Assembly: GCF_965196975.1 (NCBI RefSeq)
Contig: NZ_OZ239981.1
Coordinates: 366,374 to 398,373, forward strand
DNA from: Endozoicomonas sp.
GTDB taxonomy: Bacteria > Pseudomonadota > Gammaproteobacteria > Pseudomonadales > Endozoicomonadaceae
Reading direction: 5' to 3'
DNA: 32,000 nucleotides
The notes under the pieces are model-generated. The model did no database searches. It was not told the DNA's origin and saw nothing but the letters and a program-made list of their open reading frames with translations. The translations under genes were made by a program, and so were the position numbers. Below are positions 21,774-29,472 of this stretch, in pieces (within the stretch, counting starts at the first letter, position 1; the number at the start of each line of letters is the position of its first letter).

Positions 21774-23147
21774 AACAGTAGTAAGCCACCATCGTCAGAT
21801 GGTTATCAAAAGCCCAGTAAAAAAGGGAGTGATAAAGGTGATACATCTTCCAAAGAAGCCCCCTGCTCCTCACAGGAAACACCGAACCCCAAAAGCCTTA
21901 GACCATCTTCAGGCAATAAACCAGGTGGCCAGAAAGGTCATCAAGGCTCTTGTTTGAGACGTGTCGCCTTACCCGATTATGTCAGGCATCTGAAGGTTGA
22001 AAAATGTTGCTGTTGCCAGTCTTCGCTTATCGATATTAAACCCACCAAATACATTGAGCGACAGGTTTTTGATCCAGGTAGACCCGGAGAATTTGAAGTT
22101 ACCGCGTACTGGGCAGACGTTAAAGTATGTCCTTGTGGTAAACGGAACACCGCTGAGTTTCCCCAAGGAGTGAAAGCCGCTGCTCAATACGGAGAAGTGA
22201 CTCAGGCAATGGCTGTTCATTTAAACCAGTATCACTTCATCCCATATCACCGGGTGTCTGAGTATTTCAATACTATTTATTGCATGAGTGTCAGCGCAGG
22301 CTCTGTTGCCAATTTTGTTGCCTATACCCATGAGAACCTGGCCTCTACTGAGCAGAGTATCCGCGATGCTTTACAAGAAAGTCCGGTTGCAGGAGCGGAT
22401 GAAACTGGCATGCGGGTTGACGGTTCACTGTGGTGGTTACACATTATGCGAGATGACCAATGGACGCTTTACTACCTCTCAGAAAGGCGAGGTTGTGAAG
22501 CAATGGATGCAATGGGCATCCTGCTGACTTTTGCAGGCATTCTGGTTCACGATCATTGGAAGTCCTACTTTGCCTATGCGGCAGTGCATGTGCTTTGTAA
22601 TGCCCATCATCTGAGAGAGCTTCAGGGAGTTGTCGATAGGGATGCGAATAAGCTGGCTCTGCGGCTGATGAAATTGCTTACGCTCTCCTGGCACTTCTGC
22701 AAGAAATACAAAGCAGCCGGTCTGACTCAAATGCCTGGTGCAATACAGCTTCGCATTGAGACGATATACGACCAAATCCTTCAAAGGGCTCTCACGAAGG
22801 AAACCGCTTATATGGAAAAACAACGACAGGTGCTTGGACGTAAGAAGGTCAGGAATACCAAGGCCTACAACCTGTTCAAAAGGCTTATTGAGTTTAAGGT
22901 TGAAACGTTGCGCTTCATGTCGGACTTTTCAATTCCCTTCGATAACAATGGCAGTGAACGTGATGCCAGGATGGCCAAACTTAAGCAGAAGATCTCAGGC
23001 TGCTTCAGAAGCGAAGACGGAGGTACCATGTTTACCCGAATCCGAAGCTATTTATCATCTGCTAAAAAGCAGGGGTTGAACATATTTCAGGCGCTTCTTA
23101 AAGCGGTTCGAAATTACAACAATACGCCTTTGCTGGGTGCTGAATAG
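21774..23147 (+). pseudogene. 3' remainder of the outer IS66 transposase (residues 45-501)
   Basis: Identical to the intact copy from NSSKPPSSDG onward and lacks the first 44 codons. The track ORF uses a GTG at 21759 inside the inner copy's right IR. Confidence 0.92.
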
Positions 23148-24780
23148 TTACATCCGGTGATGTCTTTATGGCCTCTGAAACCAATTGGATTAAAGCATCA
23201 TTCAGAGGTCCACTGGGCGGCATTGGTCTGCTCTTACTTTTGAGTCGCTGCTCTAACCGTGTTGTATTGTTATCCAGTTTCAACCAGCCTTGTTGAGCAT
23301 TTAATATAGATTGAGGGTTTTCATGCAGCTCAGTATGACAGTTTGCACAATGAGAAAGTAACGTCTCTTTGACTTTGCCACTAAACCTGAATTCCACAGT
23401 GTTAACTTTTTTGTTTACCGTAGATAACTCTGGAGCTGCTTTTTTGTCTTGATAAGGAATGCCTTTAGCCAAGCGTAAGATTGCTTGATTTCGATCATCA
23501 ATAATAAGGAGGCTGCCATCCGAGAGCGTAAGAATACCAACAGGTGCTCCTTTGGGGCGAAGATTGGCTACCTTATTCCATTTTGAGATAATTTCAACGT
23601 GTTGAGCTTCCTCCTCTCCGTTTTTCATACCCCCCTTTGGAGTAAACATGTGCTGGGTGAATTCATCGCCTGGAGCAACTGGGTTAAGCATAAATGTTGG
23701 CTTTTTAGTCAGCTTCGGTAATCCCTGGTCGTCAATTTGATAGGCAACAAGGCGATTGCCAACTGGACGGTAACCGTGCCAGCTTACTAGAAGTGTGTTG
23801 TGTAGCTGCGGAAAATAATCATGAGTGTAATAGGCCATATCCAACGGTGCGACGTGGGGGGGCATCAAGGTGTAAGGCTCATGATAGTTTTCCATTGAGC
23901 ACGCATCGTCGACATTTATATAACTGTATTTTCGGTTTAAACAATAGGGCCAACCGTAGAAACCATTCTCTTTTATCAAATTGATTTCTTCATAAGGCTC
24001 ATCAGCATCTGGAATATCGGAGCTGTTCTCAGCTTGCAAAATGACTCCACTTTGATGCTGGGCAATGGCCATTGAGTTCCGTAGCCCTGTTGCATACATC
24101 TTATAGGTCGAGCTCCAGGCATTACTTTCGGGTATGTAGGTATACTGCCTGAGCCCTGTCTGTTGAGCTTCATGACAGCCCCCTGTTTTAAGCTCCTGTC
24201 TGCAGTCATCGGTTTTAGAACCGGCATTGATCAGCAAATCCTTCTTTTTAAGGAAAAGAAATTCAGTGAGAGGGTGGGCGTGCCTCCCTTCTTCATAGGG
24301 CAAATTGGAAACAACAACTTGATGATCTTCAACCTGCCCATCTATGAATCTGAATCGTGTAATCTGGTGGGCTTCACCAAGATAGATAAACCCATCTGGT
24401 CCAATTCTTATACCATGAGGCAGGCTCAGCCCTGTGAGAACTTTTGAAACCTTAACTGGGCCAGAAAAGGGGCTTCCTCCCATAAACTGCAATTGCCATA
24501 AGACTCCTCGTTTATCAATCCACCCCCCCATATCAGTCACCAGCAACGAAAATCCAGGTCGAACCTCCACTGCTTTTCGGGGCTTTACAAAATTGGAATC
24601 GGGTGACTTTTGAGCAATCAATGAAAGGCAAGTTCCCTGCATTGACTCAACAGGAAGCTTAGGTAGACCATCACAAAGCTCTTTTGTTGGCGTGTAAGCC
24701 TGTATCGGTCTAGCAAAATAAATTAAGGAAGCAACGGAAGCGATTAAGAGTACTCTGGAATTTGATAGCGTTTTAAGCAT
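23098..24780 (-). CDS. PQQ/sorbosone dehydrogenase-like (quinoprotein beta-propeller) protein with C-terminal cytochrome c-type motif; C-terminus extended into the IS
   Basis: Signal peptide, LPHGIRIGPDGFIYLGEAHQI, YATGLRNSMAI, NSSDIPDADEPYEEINLI, GFYGWPYC, and C-terminal SHCANCHTEL with a downstream Met (RPMPPSG). Start ATG at 24780 (MLKTLSNSRVLLIAS) is preferred. The native coding part ends at 23152. Confidence 0.75.
   Translation of the reverse strand: MLKTLSNSRVLLIASVASLIYFARPIQAYTPTKELCDGLPKLPVESMQGTCLSLIAQKSPDSNFVKPRKAVEVRPGFSLLVTDMGGWIDKRGVLWQLQFMGGSPFSGPVKVSKVLTGLSLPHGIRIGPDGFIYLGEAHQITRFRFIDGQVEDHQVVVSNLPYEEGRHAHPLTEFLFLKKKDLLINAGSKTDDCRQELKTGGCHEAQQTGLRQYTYIPESNAWSSTYKMYATGLRNSMAIAQHQSGVILQAENSSDIPDADEPYEEINLIKENGFYGWPYCLNRKYSYINVDDACSMENYHEPYTLMPPHVAPLDMAYYTHDYFPQLHNTLLVSWHGYRPVGNRLVAYQIDDQGLPKLTKKPTFMLNPVAPGDEFTQHMFTPKGGMKNGEEEAQHVEIISKWNKVANLRPKGAPVGILTLSDGSLLIIDDRNQAILRLAKGIPYQDKKAAPELSTVNKKVNTVEFRFSGKVKETLLSHCANCHTELHENPQSILNAQQGWLKLDNNTTRLEQRLKSKSRPMPPSGPLNDALIQLVSEAIKTSPDVTIQHPAKAYCCNFEPL
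23152..23159. repeat. Right target-site duplication ATCCGGTG of the outer IS66 element
   Basis: Matches 19952-19959 exactly and abuts the right IR. Confidence 0.93.
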
Positions 24781-25042
24781 GAACTGAGCTGACTTGCCGG
24801 AAGATCCGATCTTCATCGAGTGTAACAATCGTTGAACATTCCTTTTTGATCATGATGGGCCATAAGAAAGAGAAGGTCAAAATAACCTGGCCTAGTACGA
24901 CTTTCCTATTTTGCTCGAAATAGCAGGCTGGATATTTATTTCTCTTTCATTAACCCTTTTCTATTGCCGATAACGTAACAACTGTTTTATCGAACTTGTT
25001 CGGTACTCTTTATCTTGTATCAAGGTATTACAAAGGGAATTG

Positions 25043-25825
25043 ATGATGCCTTTACGTAGATATTTTCTGCCTTTTCTGCTTCTGACGGCTTTTCAGCTGC
25101 CCTTGACTGGGTGTTCGATGGTTTCCGAAGAGGTTTTTGATTCTGGCCGGAGTAGTCCATTTTGGTTGGCCAGGGCTAATCCCGAGGCAATGGAAGTCCT
25201 GCACTTCTGGTTTGAAGAATGGGAGGCCGATATCGAGAAGGGTGGGGCAGGTAGGTATAATGAGAAGTGGTTTCCTCATGGTCCAGATGGCGTGATAGGC
25301 AGCAAAGAGGTTGATCGACAGGTTCGAGAGAAATTCATTACGCTTTTTGAAACCATTGTCTCAGGGAAGCACAACTGGGACATTCATCATAACCCCTTTG
25401 ATAACCTTGCCTACATCATTCTCATCGATCAGTTCAGTCGGAATATGTTCCGTCATCAAGACAGAGCTTTCTTGTATGATGGTTTAGCACGAGAAGCGGC
25501 CAGAACTAATTTGCAAAAGCAGTTCTATTCTTACTATTTTACGGGCTATCAAAAGCTGTTCATCATTTATCCTATGATGCATCATGAAAGTCTTGCCTCA
25601 CAACAGGTTGCTCTTGACTATCTTAAAGCTTTGAATGAACACCCCGACCATCCCTATGAGTTCCTTAACGCACTGAATAAAGGTTTTGAGCATTACCAGA
25701 TGGTGTATATGTTCGGGCGTTTCCCGCATCGAAACCAGGCGAGACAAAGAATATATACTGAACAGGAGGAGGCCTACCTTTCGAAGAAAGGCACCAAAGG
25801 GTTTATTGATGGTGCCAGGTGGTAG
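25043..25825 (+). CDS. DUF924 family protein with lipoprotein signal peptide
   Basis: Lipobox LPLTGC followed by EVLHFWFEEWEADI..., NPFDNLAYIILIDQFSRNMFRHQDRAFLYDGLAREAA and YPMMHHESLASQQ, matching the DUF924 pattern. Confidence 0.8.
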   Translation: MMPLRRYFLPFLLLTAFQLPLTGCSMVSEEVFDSGRSSPFWLARANPEAMEVLHFWFEEWEADIEKGGAGRYNEKWFPHGPDGVIGSKEVDRQVREKFITLFETIVSGKHNWDIHHNPFDNLAYIILIDQFSRNMFRHQDRAFLYDGLAREAARTNLQKQFYSYYFTGYQKLFIIYPMMHHESLASQQVALDYLKALNEHPDHPYEFLNALNKGFEHYQMVYMFGRFPHRNQARQRIYTEQEEAYLSKKGTKGFIDGARW

Positions 25826-25838
25826 TGATCGTCGAAGG

Positions 25839-26075
25839 TCAGACTTCCTGCTCGATCAGGATTTGCTTCGCAACATCTTTGTGCAGAATATTGGGTGTCT
25901 GGCTCTCCTGATCAAAAACGATCACCATCTCCCCAGATTTTAAGCGGGATAATACCTGTGCTACTCGCGTTGAGAGTGCTTCGTCATAGCCGTTATCCGT
26001 TCCTTCCCGGCTGACAAACTCTTCGATCAGACTTTCAAGCGTTTCCGGCTCAATCATTTCATGGGGAATAATCAT
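25839..26075 (-). CDS. yheU: YheU family (UPF0270) protein
   Basis: MIIPHEMIEPETLESLIEEFVSREGTDNG...KSGEMVIVFDQESQTPNIL. Short ORF overlapping the upstream gene's stop by 4 nt. Confidence 0.88.
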   Translation of the reverse strand: MIIPHEMIEPETLESLIEEFVSREGTDNGYDEALSTRVAQVLSRLKSGEMVIVFDQESQTPNILHKDVAKQILIEQEV

Positions 26076-26827
26076 TGCCCATTACCTTCCTTTGTATTCT
26101 CATCCAGTTTAAGGGGCTCCAGCTCTTTCACCAGGAAGTGATGGTTCGTGTATTCCCAGACCACATTCAGATCCCATAAGGCGGTGCCATGGCGCCGCTC
26201 GGAGGTTTCCCTCAGGTAGGCTGGTCTTGGATCCTGACCAAGCACCTGCTCGATCAGCAGAATCAGTTGTCTGCCAGTTCGTTGTTCATAACGCAGGCAT
26301 TGATTCATGGCCTCATCGGTGAACTTCACTTCGGCCATTTGCATGGGTAAGGGAGCAAAGCCCCCCTTGGCATTAGGCAGTGCGTCGGCATAAGGCAGGT
26401 AGGGTTTGATATCTATAACCGGAGTACCATCAAGAAGGTCTACAGCCCCAAGGTGCAGTTTCAACTTGCCATTTCCTGATTCAATTTTACGCAGTTCAAC
26501 CACGGACATGCCCATAGGATTGGGGCGATGTGTTGAGCGGGTAGCAAACACCCCCATACGCTGTCTGCCGCCCAGCCTTGGTGGACGGATGGTCGGACGC
26601 CAGCCTTCATCCATGGTCTTATGGAAGATAAAATGAACCCAGATATGTGAAAAACCATCCAGACCACGTACCAGGTTTTCCTGATTATAGGGCGGTAGAA
26701 GCTCCAGTGTGGCTTCAGCGGCGGTGACAATACCTGGCTGACGGGGGATTCCAAACTTCTGGCGGTAACAGGAGCGAATAACACCGATCTGTTCAAACTG
26801 GAATGACTGAGTGGTGGTTTCTTTCAC
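26072..26827 (-). CDS. trmO: tRNA (N6-threonylcarbamoyladenosine(37)-N6)-methyltransferase TrmO (TsaA/YaeB family)
   Basis: FEQIGVIRSCYRQKFGIPRQPGIV, GLDGFSHIWVHFIFH, GVFATRSTHRPNPMGMSVVEL and GTPVIDIKPYLPYADA. Confidence 0.93.
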   Translation of the reverse strand: MKETTTQSFQFEQIGVIRSCYRQKFGIPRQPGIVTAAEATLELLPPYNQENLVRGLDGFSHIWVHFIFHKTMDEGWRPTIRPPRLGGRQRMGVFATRSTHRPNPMGMSVVELRKIESGNGKLKLHLGAVDLLDGTPVIDIKPYLPYADALPNAKGGFAPLPMQMAEVKFTDEAMNQCLRYEQRTGRQLILLIEQVLGQDPRPAYLRETSERRHGTALWDLNVVWEYTNHHFLVKELEPLKLDENTKEGNGQ

Positions 26828-26897
26828 GGTGAGTCTGGCAAGTTATTGGGCTGGGTATAATGACGCCAGGCAGTGCTATTGGCAATAATGTTGTGTA

Positions 26898-26964
26898 ACC
26901 ACAAAGGCACAGAGACACAAAGTTCAATAGTACATTTTTCTTTGTGTCTCTGTGCCTTTGTGGT
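26898..26964. repeat. Perfect 25-bp inverted repeat (REP/MITE-like or structured intergenic palindrome)
   Basis: ACCACAAAGGCACAGAGACACAAAG (26898-26922) and CTTTGTGTCTCTGTGCCTTTGTGGT (26940-26964), with a 17-nt spacer. Confidence 0.9.
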
Positions 26965-26981
26965 GAAAGTCTTTTAGCTAT

Positions 26982-28127
26982 TTACAGCTGTGCAACGGCT
27001 TTGGCAATTCGCTTAACGCCTTCTTCCAGCAGTGATCGGCTGCAGCCAAAGTTCAGCCTCAGGTAATTTTCATCACCAAACTGTTTTCCTGGCGAGAGGC
27101 CGACACCGGCCTGTTCAAAGAATTGGTGTGGGTCTTCCAGTCCCAGTTCGCTGACATCAATCCAGGCCAGATAGGTTGCCTGCAGTGGTTCCATGGAAAG
27201 GCCCGGGATGTTATTGATGGCTTCCAGCAGGTAATCATGGTTACTACGCAGATAATCCAGTAATGACTGCCGCCAGGGTTCACCATGACGATAGGCCGCT
27301 TTTGCTGCAGTGTAACCAATCAGAGTGCTGTCCGTTGACGGTACAATTCCGGTACGAACCCGGTTGAACTGATGGCGTAACTGATTATTGGGAATAATGG
27401 CAAATGCACAGCCGAAACCGGCCAAGTTGAAGGTTTTGGACGGTGACATCAGGGTGACTGAGTTGTCTCTGGCAAATTCGCTGATGGAGGCATAGGGAAT
27501 ATGTTCGGCATGGCGATCAAGAATCAGGTCGCAATGCACTTCATCTGAGCAGACGACAAGGCCATGCGTTTTACAGAGCTGCTCAAGCTTTTCCAGCTCT
27601 GCCCGAGTAAATACCCGACCATTCGGATTCTGAGGGTTGCACAGCATCAGCAGCTTAGTGCTCGGCGTGATTTTCTGCTCCAGGCTTTCGAGATCAAGAA
27701 TCCATTCTCCGTTCTTTTTAATCCATTCCACACCAATAAGTTCACGTCCTGCCAGCTTTGGTGCCATCAGAAATGGGTAATAGACAGGAACAGGGGAGAT
27801 TACACCCTCTCTTTTACCGGCATAAGCACGAACGCAGACATTCAGTGCAGACACCAGGCCTGGTGTCCAGACAATCCACTCCGGCTCAATATCCCAGTGA
27901 TAAAGGTTGCGACAGCGCTCAACTACCAGTTGCTCCAGCTCACTGTCGGGCTCGGTGTAACCAAAAACCCCATGGTCGACACGCTGGTGCAGTGCTTCGA
28001 TGATTTCAGGTGCTGATTGAAAATCCATATCCGCTACCCACATGGGGAGAACGTCAGGGCTGAAGCGTCCCCATTTAAGACTGGAGGTCTTGGTTCGATC
28101 TACCACTTTATCGAAATCGATGCTCAC
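26982..28127 (-). CDS. MalY/PatB family PLP-dependent aminotransferase / cystathionine beta-lyase
   Basis: KWGRFSPDVLPMWVADMDFQSAPEI, CNPQNPNGRVFT, VVCSDEVHCDLIL, SPSKTFNLAGF (PLP lysine), and NFGCSRSLLEEGVKRI. Confidence 0.92.
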   Translation of the reverse strand: MSIDFDKVVDRTKTSSLKWGRFSPDVLPMWVADMDFQSAPEIIEALHQRVDHGVFGYTEPDSELEQLVVERCRNLYHWDIEPEWIVWTPGLVSALNVCVRAYAGKREGVISPVPVYYPFLMAPKLAGRELIGVEWIKKNGEWILDLESLEQKITPSTKLLMLCNPQNPNGRVFTRAELEKLEQLCKTHGLVVCSDEVHCDLILDRHAEHIPYASISEFARDNSVTLMSPSKTFNLAGFGCAFAIIPNNQLRHQFNRVRTGIVPSTDSTLIGYTAAKAAYRHGEPWRQSLLDYLRSNHDYLLEAINNIPGLSMEPLQATYLAWIDVSELGLEDPHQFFEQAGVGLSPGKQFGDENYLRLNFGCSRSLLEEGVKRIAKAVAQL

Positions 28128-28180
28128 TGCTTTATCCTGTTATCGTCGTTTTTCTATTAAGATGTGTTGCTTTATAAACA

Positions 28181-28206
28181 CAGCCTCAAACTCCCCTGTG
28201 AGGCTG
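28181..28206 (-). terminator. Possible terminator downstream of mnmH
   Basis: CAGCCTCA (28181-28188) / TGAGGCTG (28199-28206), with TGTTTAT following on the minus strand. Confidence 0.4.
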
Positions 28207-28222
28207 AGTATGTTATCAACGC

Positions 28223-29365
28223 TCAGGCTGGCGCTATTGTATCGTTATTTGTCAGCAAAGTGCTGTAGCTTTCCTGGATCTTCTTTCGATCCCCCCGGAA
28301 GATAATGTCACCTTCCTTCTGTTCCAGCTGATAGTCATACATGGGGTCATAATAATTGCTGAGCAGGTCACTGATCAGAGGGCTATAGCCTTCTATTACA
28401 CCATCCGTTTTATGTTGTTGAATGGCATTTTCCAGAATATCGGTTAATTGCTGATAGCGCTCTCCACCCAGTCGGCGGCGAATGCGGTAAAGGCTGCCAG
28501 AGAGGCCTTCAGCAAACTGCTCAAAACCCTGTTGTTCACCATAAGCAGCAATAAACTCAGCAAGATTGTCGGTAACATACTCCTTAAGACCAATTGTCAC
28601 CCGTTCCTCCATGGTCTCTTCGAGCAAAATTAGCGGGGATTGCTGCATTTTGTCCCGCATCTCCTGTGGTAGGCTGCAGCGGCCAATCAGTTTACTTTCG
28701 TCTTCCAACAGAACAGGCATGCCGGGATGTTTATGACGATGCTTTAACAGTGCGATGGACAGACGATTTTCGAAATCGATCTGACTGGGCTGGCCTCCAT
28801 ATCGTCGGCCAAAGCTTGAGCCTCTATGGTTGGCGAGGCCTTCCAGGTCAATGCTGTAGGGCAGCTGTTGAATAAGGTAGGTTTTTCCGGTACCGGTTTT
28901 GCCACTGAGGATAATGAACGGAATGTCTTTAATGGAGCGTTCCAGCTCATCAATCAGAAAGCGCCTCAACGCTTTATAGCCACCTTTGACTAATGGATAA
29001 GGGTAGCCTGACTCTTTCAGCCACTGCTGGGTAATATGGGAGCGCTGTCCACCGCGAAAGCAGAACAGATAGCCCTCTGGATGTTTATTAATAAATGATT
29101 GCCAGTCTTCGAGTCGCTGTGCCCGAACATCATCAGTAGCCAGCTTATAGCCCATTGCTACAGCCGCTTCAGGCCCTTCTTTCTTGTAGCAGGTGCCAAT
29201 CAGCTCTCGCTGCCGGTCGTTCAGGATGGGGGCGTTCGTAGCGGTAGGGAAGCTGCCTTTGGCAAACTCTACAGGGGCACGAACATCCATCAACGGGATG
29301 TCCTGAAGAAAAATAGACAGGAAGTCTTCAGTGTTGGCTCTTTCTTGATGTACGGATGTCGTCAT
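28223..29365 (-). CDS. mnmH: tRNA 2-selenouridine synthase MnmH/SelU
   Basis: N-terminal rhodanese (LMDVRAPVEFAKGSFPTATNAPILND, YLFCFRGGQRSHITQQWL), P-loop SGKTGTGKT, DLEGLANHRGSSFG, and LLEDESKLIGR. Confidence 0.96.
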   Translation of the reverse strand: MTTSVHQERANTEDFLSIFLQDIPLMDVRAPVEFAKGSFPTATNAPILNDRQRELIGTCYKKEGPEAAVAMGYKLATDDVRAQRLEDWQSFINKHPEGYLFCFRGGQRSHITQQWLKESGYPYPLVKGGYKALRRFLIDELERSIKDIPFIILSGKTGTGKTYLIQQLPYSIDLEGLANHRGSSFGRRYGGQPSQIDFENRLSIALLKHRHKHPGMPVLLEDESKLIGRCSLPQEMRDKMQQSPLILLEETMEERVTIGLKEYVTDNLAEFIAAYGEQQGFEQFAEGLSGSLYRIRRRLGGERYQQLTDILENAIQQHKTDGVIEGYSPLISDLLSNYYDPMYDYQLEQKEGDIIFRGDRKKIQESYSTLLTNNDTIAPA

Positions 29366-29472
29366 TGAGGGCTGCAGTGGCTGATCAAAACTGCATAGTG
29401 TCGTACCCGAAGCAGTGATTTGGCAAGTCTGAATATGTGAAAGGGTAACCGTAACTACCCCTACTGGAACCT

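Larger units (their letters stand above)
19960..23151 (+). mobile_element. Self-nested IS66-family element (outer copy interrupted by a complete copy in the same orientation)
   Basis: Outer ends are GTAACTATTCAGCACCC (19960-19976) and GGGTGCTGAATAGTTAC (23135-23151). The 3192-bp block is flanked by ATCCGGTG. Internally, outer bases 1-215 (19960-20174), a full copy of 1599 bp (20175-21773), then outer bases 222-1599 (21774-23151). Confidence 0.93.

Noticed and set aside
21759-23147. The 462-aa ORF as an intact second IS66 transposase
   Set aside because: It starts at a GTG in the inner copy's right IR and lacks transposase residues 1-44, including the coiled-coil N-terminus. It is better described as the remainder of the interrupted outer copy.
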